Below are positions 30,092 through 44,003 of a DNA stretch of 64,000 nt, piece after piece. Both the position numbers and the translations under genes were made by a program. This stretch comes from the human T2T-CHM13v2.0 reference genome, Homo sapiens: NCBI RefSeq assembly GCF_009914755.1, contig NC_060945.1. One strand, given 5' to 3'. Numbering within the stretch: position 1 is the stretch's first letter; each line of letters starts with the position of its first letter. The notes beneath the pieces are model-generated. The model saw only the letters and a list, made by a program, of their open reading frames with translations, ran no database searches and was not told where the DNA came from.

Positions 30092-30363
30092 AAGAGTCCT
30101 TTATTAGCCGGCGACCAGGCCGCTTCCCTCTTACCAGAACCAGAACAAAGTCAAATCTGACCTACCTGACCCCGGGGTGAGAAGCTGAGGACTCAGATGT
30201 TGAATTTTAGGGCACTGACACGGTAGTCGATCCGCTCTCCTCCGGAAGACGGTCACTCTTTGGGGACCTGAAAATTGTTTCCTCAGGTGGCGCCCCCCCT
30301 CCGAGCCGGCCGTCCTTCCGGGGGAGCCCGGAGCGAGACTGGCTCTCGCCCAGTGGCGTTAAT

Positions 30364-30381
30364 ATCTTGCTGGGGCCTCCA
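30364..30381 (-). promoter_or_regulatory. Retroviral primer-binding site for tRNA-Thr
   Basis: + strand ATCTTGCTGGGGCCTCCA matches the recalled tRNA-Thr(UGU) 3' end ATCTCGCTGGGGCCTCCA at 17/18 and lies 3 nt from the LTR end. Confidence 0.88.
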
Positions 30382-31114
30382 TTATGTTGTATCCAGGCAA
30401 GTCAGAGAAAACGCCACACTTTGGGATGAATTAAGAGTCCTTTATTAGCCGGCGACGAGAGACGGCTAACGCTCAAAATTCTCTCGGCCCTGAAGAAGGG
30501 GGTAGATTTTCTTTTATACTTTGGTTTAGAAAGGGGAGGGGGGTCTAGTTAGAACAATTTTACAGAAGTTAAGTAGGCAAAAAGTTAAAAGGATAAATGG
30601 TTACAGGAAAGTAAACAGTTCCAGGTGCAAGGGCTTTAAGACTACTACAAGGTGATAGACTCGGGGCTTTGGGCGTTATCAATCAGACGAAATCCTGGGA
30701 ACTGCGGATACAGCTCGCCACAGTATCTTATCAGTTAATTGCATTCTTGGATGTGCTGGGAGTCAGCTTGCACAAGTTAAGTCCTTGAGGAAGGGGCTGC
30801 CAGTCAAAGAGCCAAGATGGAGTCTATCTGGCTCTCTTAGCTAAGGGAGAATCAATTCAGGTGGAAACAAGCCTAAAAACAGAGTTAGTAAAAACAAAGT
30901 TGGGCATTACATTAGAAAACCAGGTATTTGCAAGGATTGGTGAGTATATAGGAACAGAAGAACCCTCATGCACTGAGAAAAATAGAGTGCAGGCTAACAC
31001 CGTCACAGCCTAGAGGTATCCGGCAGTATCTAGTTAAACCCTTCTGTGAATAGCCCAGAGACACTCTTACACACCTTCAGAAAGGGACAAGTTCAAGGAT
31101 GTTCACTGTAGCAA

Positions 31115-31590
31115 TAGGAGGTGAAGCCAGTTGGGCTTCTGGGTAGGGTGGGGACTTGGAGAACTTTTGCATCTAGCTAAAGGATTGTAAATGCACCAAT
31201 CAGCGCTCTGTGTCTAGCTAAAGGATTGTAAATGCACCAGTCAGCACTCTGTAAAAACGCACCAATCAGCACTCTGTAAAACGGACCAATCAGCGCTCTG
31301 TAAAATGGACCAATCAGTGCTCTGTAAAATGGACCAATCAGCAGGATGTGGGCAGGGCCAAATAAGAGAATAAAAGCTGGCCACTGGAGCCAGCAGCAGC
31401 ACCCAGCGTGGGACCCCTTTTGCACTGTGGTACCTTTGTTCTTTTGCTCTTCACAATAAATCTTGCTGCCACTCACTTTTTGGGTCCACACTACCTTTAT
31501 GAGCTGTAACACTCACTGTGAGGGTCTGCGGCTTCACTCCTGAAGTCAGCGAGAACAAGAACCCATAGGAAGGAATAAATTATGGACACA
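31115..31590 (+). mobile_element. LTR12-family (ERV9; LTR12F-like) solo LTR
   Basis: GAGGTGAAGCCAG start; tandem CCAATCAG at 31196, 31262, 31286, 31310, 31334; ends GGACACA; 4-bp TSD GCAA. Confidence 0.93.
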
Positions 31591-32846
31591 GCAAGATGTA
31601 TGATGGGGTTGTTGGTCAGTTTTAGAATCCATCCCTGGGAATGGGGATACATAAAATGTGCAGTATAGAGACCATAGAGTACAGTGCAGCAGTTAGGTGT
31701 CAGGAATTTAATTTTCAAGTGACATGGAAGAGTTCCAGAAACATAGTGTGGATGAAGATGAAAGATGTATAATACAACTTGATGATGTAAATTGAAACCC
31801 ACATGCAAACAAAACAACAATATGCATTGTGCAAAACACAGAAAGATGCACATTAGCACATTTGTAACGACAGAGGGAGGTAGAGGGAATGGGCTATAGG
31901 GATCAAAGGAAATCAACATAACCAAAGGGGAACAATTCTCACACAGACCACAGCCCACCACAGAAAGCAAGCAAAAGACCTGATGGGTCTGTGTTTTTTT
32001 GGATCATCTGAAAGCAACAATACATATGAAGTTCAGAGGTACATAATTAAATTATAATAAATTAATTTGGATTCTGAAAGCAGATCCAAAAAAAAAACCT
32101 CAATAAAACTTCAGAGTAGACACAGAAGAAAAAGAAGCAGTGAGGAAAAAAAGCTGATTTGATGAAATCACCCAAAGCATAACACAGAGGGGTAGAGGTA
32201 GGCAATATGAAAGAAAAGTTAGGAGATATAGAGAAAAGAATGATAAATTCCAATGTCTCTTTAATAGGAGACCTGGAAGAAGACGAAAGAAGAGACAATA
32301 TTTGAAGAGCTAAAATCTGAAGGAGATTCTAGAACTGACAAACAGCCAGAATCCTTGGATTCTAGAAAGATTACAAGCCAAGCAGGAAAGAAACCCATGT
32401 CTTGCCTATATGAAACTACAGACTATTACAGAGCCAGAGAAATATATTCCAACCTATCAGAGAGAAAAAGATTACTGACAAAGTTAAGATCGTCGCTAGA
32501 AAATCATTACAAAAATTCTGAAGGAAAATAAATGTCAATATAGGATTCCATCTCCATTTATGTTATTAGTCAAAAATTAAGCAAAACAAAGATGTTTTCA
32601 GATATAAGAATAAAAGAATGTACTACTATCAGACCTTCACCAAAAAAAAAAAGTGAAGATTTTTCTTTGGTACTAAGAGGGTGTCACACTCACATGTGGG
32701 ATGTCACGTAGAAGGTGGGCATTCAGCCATTGTGAGCCACGTGGTGGCCCAGGGTACTCAGCTGATGGTCAGGCCTCTCTCCTGATTGGCTAGGGTCCGT
32801 GCTACACGGATCTTCACTTCAGATCATCCACCAGAAGCAATGGTGA

Positions 32847-33044
<198 letters not shown>

Positions 33045-33064
33045 TAACTTTTAAAGACTACTGA

Positions 33065-33371
<307 letters not shown>

Positions 33372-36300
33372 CTACTGAGAACGTTAAAAAGAAGGTAGAT
33401 TTTAAAATTGTAATTAAAAGAGCATGGAAAGTAGAAAAAAATCAATAGAACTTATATAAACTTCCACACCAGTAGAAGAAATAAAGGAAATAGAGAATCA
33501 TCTAATGGGGACAGGAAAGGCGGGTGGGCTGGAAGACAATCCAAGACCAAATGCAGTAAGTGGAAAACACCCAATGTACCAGAAGCCAAAGGAAAAATAT
33601 ATGTACCTACATGACTAACTAAAGAAAAACAATAACAGATTTTGAAAAGTATCTTGTGGAGCATAGCTATGGTGTTTATTAGAAAGAAGTGTATAGGTTT
33701 AAATGCATTTCTTTTTTGAAAAAGAAAGACTGGAAACAAATTAGCTCAATATTCAATTTAAGAAGCGAGAAGAATGCAGTAAACTGAAAGGACTTCGAAG
33801 AAAGATGATAAAATACAAAACAACAAGGAATTGAAAATGAAAGCTGTGTTTTGTTTTTAAAAAGACGAATAATATAGTATAGAAAAACATCTCAGCAAAA
33901 CACAAATGATCAATGGGAATGAAAAAGAAGACAGGACTCTGGATAAAGCAGGTCCTTTTAAATCGTAAGAGAATCCTTTAAACGAAGAAGCATATGTGGT
34001 CCTCTGGCAGAAGCTGGGGAATGCGCTGCAGCCTCAAGGAGGTGGCGGGAAACCTAGTTTTAGTCCCCACCCTCAGGACTGAGACCACCTTTTGCTAGTT
34101 CCATGGGCTGAGCAGCTGTTTATGGCACTTTGTGTCAATCTCTGAGCCAGAAGTGTTCACCTAGGACCTTTTATAAATCTTATCTCTGAAACTGGTGAGG
34201 TATACACTCTCATCCCTGTTTTACAGGCGAAGAAATAGGGGCTCAGGAATGTCAAACAGCAGAGCCAGGTTTGCTTAGCCAGTTAGTGGGCAAGCCAGGT
34301 TTCAAACCCAGGTTTGTCTTATTCCAAAGTTCATAATCCTAAACTGTAGCAACTTTCTCACTTCCTCCCAGGTGTGAGAGGAGGGGAGTGGGGATGGGGA
34401 CAGAAACTGGGAGAAAGTGTGAGGTCAGCATTGACATTTTTCTTCACTCTTTCCAAAATACGACTTTCTGCTTTTGCCAGCCCAGCAGAAGCTATTTTTC
34501 CCACTGTTAGGTGGGCACATTTGCTACCCAAGCCTTCCAGGGGACACAGGTGTTAGCTGGAAACAGACAAAAAGGCATTGAATTTGGTAATTCATGGCTA
34601 CAAGTTTATTCTTACTGCCTTTAAAGCTATACAGTAACATTTTCATATAGAAGAATTTCTTTCTTTTAATTTTTCCTTGTAAAAAAAATTAACAAAGTAA
34701 CGCAATCAAACATATTTTCAATTCCAAAGTCAAATTGTATCCTCTAAGGATACCATAAAATGTAATTTATTTGATCTGCTTATTTTTAATTCCCAGATCC
34801 CATATGCTAGGGAGATTAGCAAATACTAGTGAAATGTGGTTGAGTCACAAGGTAATTACTTTAGATAAATGTCATTCTGCAGTTTAGGATTATGGTCCTA
34901 AAGCCCAGTATTTAACGGTACCTGATTAAGCCCTACTGGGATTGGCTATATAGTCCTGGGGACTGTGTATAATAAAACTCTATAAAGTAACATCCATAAA
35001 TCAGTTCTTCTTCATATATTCCAGTGGTTGATTTCAGGCCTAAATCTGCATCTTGCTGAAGTGTTACAATAGTGTTTAAATAATGAGAATACTTATTATT
35101 TTTAAAATGCATCCAAAAACACCTATATCAAATATTTTCACGGTGAGTTTCGGTTTGCAGGTTTTTAATTTTCTGTGAGTCCAAAAATGGGACAAAATAT
35201 ACAAATAAACACATACTCACATACACAGAAACCAGATTCAGAGACCAAGATAACTAACAGTCCCAGCCGAAAGGATCAAGAGCAACACATTCTTAGGTTA
35301 TGTATTATAAATATATACACATAGTATGTAGTAAACATAGCTTTTGTAACAATTCCCAAAAAGTGGTTTTAAAGTTCAACATTAAGCATACAAGGAGAGA
35401 TAGCAAATTAGAGACATAAACACACATAATACATATTCCAGGAATTTGCAGTCACTGGGATTCTGTACATATACTATGTACATAAAGATAAGACCTGGAG
35501 AAAATGAGCTCTGGTTAGAGAGCATCTGCGTTTTACTAATAAGTACTTACTAGAAGTTGAGATGATATTTTGAACATTGCCTTACTAGAAGCAAGAGTGT
35601 CTAGAACACAGTGCCCTATATTTGGAAACACTAAGTGAACAGAACCCATCCCCTGGGCCAGATGGAGCAATAGATTTAACCTAGTGGGAACTGTCCTTTG
35701 GTAAACAAAGGAATTGCCTTTATATGTACTGCACACTGATATTTGAGCAATGGAAAAGCAATCCGATATTTGCAACAGACTATTAAAGTCATTACTAGAT
35801 GAGAGATGAATTAAACTTACCAAAAAATTTTAGGAATCAGTAAAAAAATATATATAGATCAAGGATGACTGACTATGAATGAACTATTGAAGAAAGATCA
35901 CTTCAGAATTCAGGCAAGTACAAAGTAGAATCACAAAAGGATGTTTAGAAAACCAGTACTGAAGTTTCCAAGAGATCCATTTTATAAATGTAAGGCAAAA
36001 GAAATAAACATCCTGGGCACAGCCAGCAACGCAAAGGTTACCAGGGGCCAGTACACATTGTACCATCTGAAGCACTCACTGCTTTTTCTGGGTTGAGGAC
36101 AGATTATATTAACAATTCCAGACTGGGTTTGATTTCCATTGATTTCGTATCTGGCTGTTCAATTTCCAGAGAGTTGTATTTGTGGTATATCAACTTTCGG
36201 AACTATAACCCACAAACGAACCCACAGACACGAATATGCTTCTCGGCCTGGTACATGGAACACGAGCTGGTCCTCTGCCCTCCCTTCTTCCACCACACCT

Positions 36301-36507
36301 GACTCTGCTGTCCCCACCTGTCTCTTCCCACCCTCACCTCAACTTTAAGGGACCTCAGACCTACCAGGGGAGTGGGAAGGAAAAAAGAGAAGAGGATAAA
36401 GGGAGAGAAAATGTCCTAGTTTTTAAAAAATGCCAGTTTCCTTTTGGCTGGAAAACTGGTTCAGAAGGAAATTCCTTGAGTCTTTCAAATATTCAAGGAA
36501 ACTAATA

Positions 36508-36738
36508 AACACCCAGAGTGAACCTTAATATACACTATGTCCACTGGGTAATAATGATCTTTCAAGGCAGGTTCATTGATAACAAATGTACCACTCTTGC
36601 GGGGGATGCTGATAACAAGGGAGGCTGTGCATGTGTGGGATCAGGGGTGTACAGGAAACCTCTGTACCTTCCACTCAGTTTTGCTGTGAAATGAAACCTA
36701 CTTTAAAAAATAAAGTCTATTAAAAAAAAAAAAAAAAA
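36508..36738 (+). mobile_element. L1MC 3' end with poly(A)
   Basis: AACAAATGTACCACTCT...AAAAATAAAGTCTATTAAAAA. Confidence 0.75.
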
Positions 36739-37626
36739 GCCCAGATAGTAAAGGATCAAAGTGAGTAAAATTCAGTGGCGTTTTTCTGTATTTTGAAAAG
36801 CATGATACCTCTGCATTAAGGAATGAGGCAAAATTGCCAGTGTGCTTGGAACTATGCCCCCAAAAACCTGTAGGGGAAAACAATTCTGTATCAGTCAGAA
36901 AAGACCTCATTTGATCCCCACTTCCCATATGTGCCATGGAAAAATCCATAAGAAAAGAAGCACAGAGAAGCTGATATTCCTCCCATGAACTTGCCTGTTG
37001 GGGTCAGGTTCCGCTCCTTGGTGTTACACAGGGGCACAGGCATAGCTCACCTGAAGCACCAGTAACTCCAGTTTCAGAGCCCTAGTTACCTCATGGTAGA
37101 AGTAACCAGGTCAAGCCTAGGTGATAAATGAATTACATATATTTTGCAAATCCATCTGCAAGTCAGATAAAAGGAACCTTGGAATTATCTCAAGATGTGA
37201 AGCTGGAGTGTTATCAGAATGACAAGGATTGAGATCAACTTTCATCTCAGAAGCGTCGGCAGCAGGGCAGTGAGGTGCTAGAAAAAGCATAGAAATCAGG
37301 AAGAATCGCAGAATGGAAGAATGAAAGCAGAGGGTGCCCATGGCGATGTGCGGAGAGCTGCAGTCTGCGAAGTGCTTTTACATTCATCAACATCACTGTT
37401 CTCATCACACCTCCCTCCCTCAAAGAAGCAGCAGGGACTCTGCAAAGTCAGGTCAGCAGGGCCCAAACATGGCAGCTCCCTGGAAGCCCTGAAGAGCTCT
37501 GCACAGTTACCAGGTCCTGCGGAGGGGGTTCTCTCGGTCCAGGAAGCGCTGTAGGTGGGAGCTATGAACCTGAAATTGTCAAAAATCCATCTTGGTGATT
37601 CTGATGCTCCACAGATACAAGAACAC

Positions 37627-38075
37627 TGATACAGTCTGGATGTCTGTCCTCTCCAAATCTCATGTTGAAATGGGACCCTCAGTGTTGAAAGTGGGGCCCA
37701 GTGGGAGGTGTTTGGGTCATAAGCGTGGATCCTTATAAATGGCTTGGTGCCGTCTTCATGGTAATGAGTGAGTTTCAGCTCTATTAATTCCAGAGAGAGT
37801 GCTCCCAAGAGCTGGTTGTTAAAAAGAGCCTGGCACCACCCTCCTCTCGCTCTTGCTTCCTCTCTTGTCATGTGGGAGGCCATGTCACCTTGCCTTTCAC
37901 CACAAGTAGAAGCTTCCTGAGGGCTCACCAGAAGCCAAGCAGATGCTGGGGCAATGCTTCTTGTGCAGCCTGTAGAACCTCGAGACAAATCAACTTCTTT
38001 CTTTTTTTTTTTTTTTTTTTACAACTTACCCAGTGTCAGGTATTTCTTTACAGCAATGTAAAATGGACTAACACA
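37627..38075 (+). mobile_element. MSTB-like MaLR LTR
   Basis: TGATACAGTCTGGATG...GGACTAACACA. Confidence 0.85.
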
Positions 38076-38332
38076 AGCACAAAAAGGGTTGGAGAGATGG
38101 GAAATATTGGAGCTCATTAGATCCATGAAGATACTCTATTGAGTGTTAAAGAAAAATGCTTAAAAGAACACATATGCAAAAGTTTACAAGTGGTAATAGA
38201 TCTACAAGTCTTTTTTAAAGCACAGCAAAATACATGGGCAATTTCAGAGAGGATCTATTTTTTCTTGTTTAATGCTGAATGAAGAATTATTCCACCCACC
38301 TCTCAGCAGTAGTGACTGACCAAATAAGAGGG

Positions 38333-39083
<751 letters not shown>

Positions 39084-39214
39084 GAAAATCTTGTTTGACT
39101 GTTCTGTGTCCCAGAGACAGAGTTGATTAAGGAAAATGACAACACTGCATCTTGGGAAAGAGTGTTCAGAAGCACCCCACCCAAAGCTGTTATGAAGGAG
39201 AAGGATGTTTCAGC

Positions 39215-39365
39215 CCAGCGCTCCTCAAACTTCATTTGCATAATAATCACTAGAGGATTTGTTAAAGTTCAATTCCGATTCAGGAGATCTGGGTAGAGCC
39301 TGAGATTTTGCATTCCTGACCAGCTTCCAAGTGATGCTGACAGTGACAGACAGCCTTAAGGTGCA
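39215..39365. mobile_element. MER5A hAT relic
   Basis: CTCAAACTT...GCCTGAGATTTTGCATT.CT.AC.AGCT.CCA.GTGATGCTG. Confidence 0.65.
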
Positions 39366-40947
39366 AGATATTTCTGGTGACATTGCTGTATATATTTCCA
39401 AGAAGGTGGGAGAGGTGTGGACAAAGATCCATGCTTGAAACCCAACTTGCCCAAGAAACACATGGAACACTACCCTGCCATGTCAATACTTACGCAATCC
39501 TCAGTTTGTTTCTAAAGCAAATTTCTGTACCTAACAACACAATATGACAGTCTTAATAGCATATAATTAGACAACAGAAGAAGGCTGGACTCTAAGTGGT
39601 AGCAAATATGAACATTTGGGGCAGTAACCACATCACACAGCATCTAAAAAGGAAAACAAGGCACTAATTCCAGATACAAAAATAAAGAAGAGCAGATGAG
39701 TAATTCAAGGAGTACATTAGAGGACACAACCTTTTCAAAAATAATTTTTAAATCTAGTAAAATTATTATACTTAAAATAATCTTGCGATCAACAAACATA
39801 CAAAAAAAGGCTTTGGGAGCGAATTAATACGTGTAATAATCTCATCAATGAAACAAGGGTCCATTGGAGAGGATATGAAAAAGGATATGTATCAGAGACT
39901 TTTAACTGAAAATTACCTCAAAATCATCTAATTTGTATCTACCCGTATTTCTGATGAGAACACTAGGGTCATGTCTTAGCTTTAAGCATCTAATTTTCAT
40001 GACAAAATCTGGGTTATAACTCACATAATCACATATTTTTCCCAATACAATGCTAATCCACACACTGATTTTAGTGAGTATAGGTTAATTACAGCATCCA
40101 TTCATGTTGGAAAATGTTTATTAAGTTTTATACAATTTTTTATCACATCAGTTAAAGAAAAAAATGGTGTGTACCCCGTAACTGGCTGCATTACCAAATA
40201 AGTGGGAATGCATAGTCTTTATCACAAAATGTTGTTTATCATTTGATAAATCCTTCTCAAATTTTAAGAATGCCTTTCAATAAACATCATCTCTACTTAG
40301 CATCTCTGTCATTGAAATTTTATGAAAAGTATAATCATTTAAATAGTAAGAGTAATTTTTTTCAGTGATGCTGCAGCACAAGTTTTAGCCCAAATAAAAT
40401 ATATTGTAAAGTTCATTTTCTGATGTACAAGCCAGATATTCTTTTTTCAAGCACTTGCAAAGCCTTTGGGTGTGAGCTGGAGTTGAAAGTTAAACATCAA
40501 TTTGCATTTGGTTTAGGAAATCCTTGTCACCTTTTCATGAAATTTCAGCTGTCTCAGTGGATTTGGCAAGATCAAAGCCCAGCACTCAGTCAGCCCCAGT
40601 TTTAATCCCTGCCAACAGTCATCATTTGATTCTTGAGCACAAAGAGCTACTACTGGTGCACTGCTGCCCACAGTGCTATGACTTCATGCGGCCTTGTTTT
40701 CACCTGCTTCCATTCAGCTGGGTGCATGGCTTCCAATATTGCAGAGATTTGCAAAATTGGTACAAGGAGAATCTAAACTGCAGATGCCTTCAGCTGCCAG
40801 GCATGGACTTAAAGGCGTTCCTGATCCACATGACTCAGGATTACAGCCACAGACCTTGGCGGGCCCCTCAGCTGCTCTGAGAAGAGGCAGGATCTACCTG
40901 ACTCCAAAGAACACTCACTTACAATTGCATCACCTACCCCTCTGATA

Positions 40948-41024
40948 TTAGGTTGGCTCAAAATCATGGATTTTGGCATTAAAAGGTAATGGCAAACATC
41001 ACAATTACTTTTGCACCAACCTAA
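40948..41024. mobile_element. MADE1 (Hsmar1-derived MITE)
   Basis: TIRs TTAGGTTGG...CCAACCTAA flanked by TA, ~80 bp. Confidence 0.9.
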
Positions 41025-42002
41025 TATATACTGTCATATATTCAGGAAAAAATTACTTTGTGAATGTCACATGGTTAATATCAACATTAGTCAGAACATC
41101 TAAAGGGGGAATACCCTTGTGATGAATCTTAAATACCGAGCAGGATGGCAAAAGTCTTTATAATAAACATGAACAAATGCAGTAAGTTTCAGCAAGTGGT
41201 GATGAGGAAAAACTGTGGTGAAATGGACATTTTTAGAGCAACAGACTCTCCTTGTTGAAAGCATGGAGGCTGTTTACTTTTGTTTTACTATAGATTCATA
41301 AAAAGTGATGGATAAAAATGGTTGTTTAGCAAAGTAATAAATAATGATAATCTAATACAAATATTTAGTATGGAATGCTCATGAAGATTCTAGTTTTTCA
41401 TTCTCCCATGACCTAGACGAAAGAAAAAAAGACAGGTTGTTGTTTTTCTTTTTTTCTGCATGTATTATTCAATTTGTAAAATTCTACATGTGGAAAAACA
41501 TTTAACAAGAAAACTGAATAAGAACAAAGGGAATTATGTTGACAGAGGAAGAAAAAGAAAAACTTTATTCTCATTGAAAAGAAAATGCAACCATTTATGT
41601 GAAGCAAAATGAATCACAATCAATGATCAGTATTCTGTAGCCATATTTTCAGGAGCTGGATTTTTCAACTGATTAATTAGGAACTCAAACTGTATGTGTA
41701 TGAAAAAAAGTAGACTGGGGCAAGTTATTTCCTGTGACAATCCCAGCCGTGCTACCATATCCCTCTCCACTTCTCTGTCTTGTTTTCCAAAGACCATGAA
41801 AATAACTATTATTCACAACGAAATTGCAATCAACAAGTCACTTTTTTCTCATGGGAATAATCAGTGAAGAAACAGCAACCCACCCTGCAACTCTCACCTC
41901 CAAAATACAATTTCTATGCTTTGGCAGCCAATACAGTACAATTAATGTTTAACTCCATGCTTTCTATCTAAACAAAATGAAATAATAAAAACTAATAAAT
42001 TA

Positions 42003-42342
<340 letters not shown>

Positions 42343-43139
42343 TTAAGATATAAGGTATCATAACTAAGGAAAGTGAGACTAGAAGCTTGGCATTTTTGAA
42401 ATCATCTTTGGCAATGTATATGACATCAAATGTACATGAATAGTGAAGAATGGAGTTTGCAATCTAGCATGTGCGGTCATTACAAAACCATCCTCACTGC
42501 TAAACTTCTGCACACAAACTATTTGAGAATATTAGATTTATTACACTGCTTTGTCCTCTGGTAGCTTATGTCTGGATAACATAGCCAAAAATTATGTACA
42601 AATGAACTGGCTCACTTTTTTTAATCTGTCACTCCAAGTTAACACTCTCCTCTCCTATCACTCAGCAGTTTCTTTTAAGATGTAAAAATAAATTTAAACC
42701 TAATAACTCCTCTTCCTGAGAACTGAATTGGTAGATATTGTGTCTTCAATCAATGGGAATTAGTAGGCAGTTTCCGTCATTTTGTAAGAAATTCCAAACA
42801 CTGAATATGAATCTCCAATGTAACTAAGAAATAGACCCAAAGTGCAACAGGATTTTTACCCACAGGGAAGACCAAGCCTAGGCTCAAAGGCCTAGATTCA
42901 TATCCCAGGTCTGCGACTTACATGGAAGTATGTAAATATAAAATATTAACATGATATGGACAATGGCACTTTGATAAATGCAAGATTCGAATATCCCCTA
43001 TTTAGTGCTCTATCATTAGGTCCACTTTCTTAACCCATGCTTGGGCCAGAGGGGCACATTAATGAGCCATGGAGCCCCTGCAGGGGTTCTGCCCCATGCA
43101 TTTACAGCTGGAATTAAATCCCATCTCCACCACTCTGCT

Positions 43140-43300
43140 CCCAGTGTGAACATGGGGAAAGTTGATTAAACTCTCTGACTTCAGATTCCTCGTGTAAAAT
43201 GTGGGGAAACAGCTCTGACTTAATGGTGTCACTGTGAGGAGTAAATGAGGTAGCATATTTAAAGGATTTTGTATAGTGCTGGTGACAGTAACCAGCCAAT
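43140..43300. mobile_element. MIR
   Basis: Core-like CTCTCTGA.CTTCAG.TTCCTC.T.TGTAAAATG. Confidence 0.6.
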
Positions 43301-43641
43301 AGATGATATAGCTAGTAATAGCAATAATAATGTCACTTACTATTACTTTAAAAAGTAAATCTCAAAGTCAAAAATACTAAGAAACTAACAAGAGACTATA
43401 CTTGGGTCTCCCTTTTGTAACTTTTGAACATTATCTCACTTCTGAAAGTCCTGTACCAATATTATCCTCCTCATTTCTCAGGTGAAGCAGCATCTTAGAG
43501 GGGTATTGCCCTGTCTAAACCATTTGGTTATCATGGTGAGGTCCAGGATTCTTCCCTTTCCTCATCTTTGCCTTAAAAACATGTATTCTAACCAACTGCC
43601 TTAGTTCGTCCAGGCTGCTATAACAAAATGCCATGGCTTAT

Positions 43642-44003
43642 TGATATGGTTTGGCCGTGTCCCCACCCAAAATCTCATCTTGAATTGTAATCCCCATTAT
43701 CCCCATAATCCCCATGTGTCAAGGGAGAGACCAGGTGGAGATAATGGAATCATGGGGGCAGTTGCCCCATGCTGTTCTCGTGATAGTGAAGGAGTTCTCA
43801 CGAGATCAGATTTTTGTTAGGTGTTTGGTAGAACTTCCTGCATTCAATCTCCTTCCTGCCACCTTGTGAAGAAGGTGCCTTACTTCCCCTTTGCCTTCCA
43901 TCATGATTGTAAGTTTCCTGGGGCTTCCCTAGCCATGAAGAACTGTGAGTCAATTAAGACTTTTTCCTTTATTAATTACCCAGTCTGGAAACAGAATAAT
44001 ACA
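43642..44003 (+). mobile_element. THE1D-like LTR nested in an antisense MLT1 fragment (43597-44065)
   Basis: TGATATGGTTTGGC...TAATACA; TSD CTTAT/CTTAG. Confidence 0.85.

Larger units (their letters stand above)
29728..30911 (-). mobile_element. Internally deleted HERV-T (HERVS71/LTR6) provirus: full 5' LTR 30911-30385, PBS, leader, and R/U5 remnant of the 3' LTR
   Basis: Minus strand starts TGTAATGCCCAAC (LTR6-like); LTR 3'-end sequence occurs twice; 4-bp TSD TTAG at 29724-29727 and 30912-30915. Confidence 0.88.
29440..32640 (+). mobile_element. Further degraded L1M fragments hosting the HERV-T and LTR12 insertions
   Basis: A-rich L1-like segments either side of the ERV insertions; boundaries approximate. 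Confidence 0.55.

Noticed and set aside
30364-30381. tRNA-like 3' end with CCA
   Set aside because: Only 18 nt; it is a retroviral PBS, not a tRNA gene
31170-31345. Regularly spaced direct repeats resembling a CRISPR array
   Set aside because: No unique spacers; these are the known LTR12 U3 tandem repeats in primate DNA
36080-36202. Possible 123-nt minus-strand exon (TATAG| ... GCA|GTGAGT)
   Set aside because: Weak polypyrimidine tract, stops in all three frames, no supporting partner exons
37296-37988. Longest ORF (230 aa, minus strand)
   Set aside because: Reads through an antisense MSTB LTR and a MER5-like relic; no coding signature
40524-40880. 118-aa ORF in unique sequence
   Set aside because: Non-ATG (TTG) start and no recognisable homology
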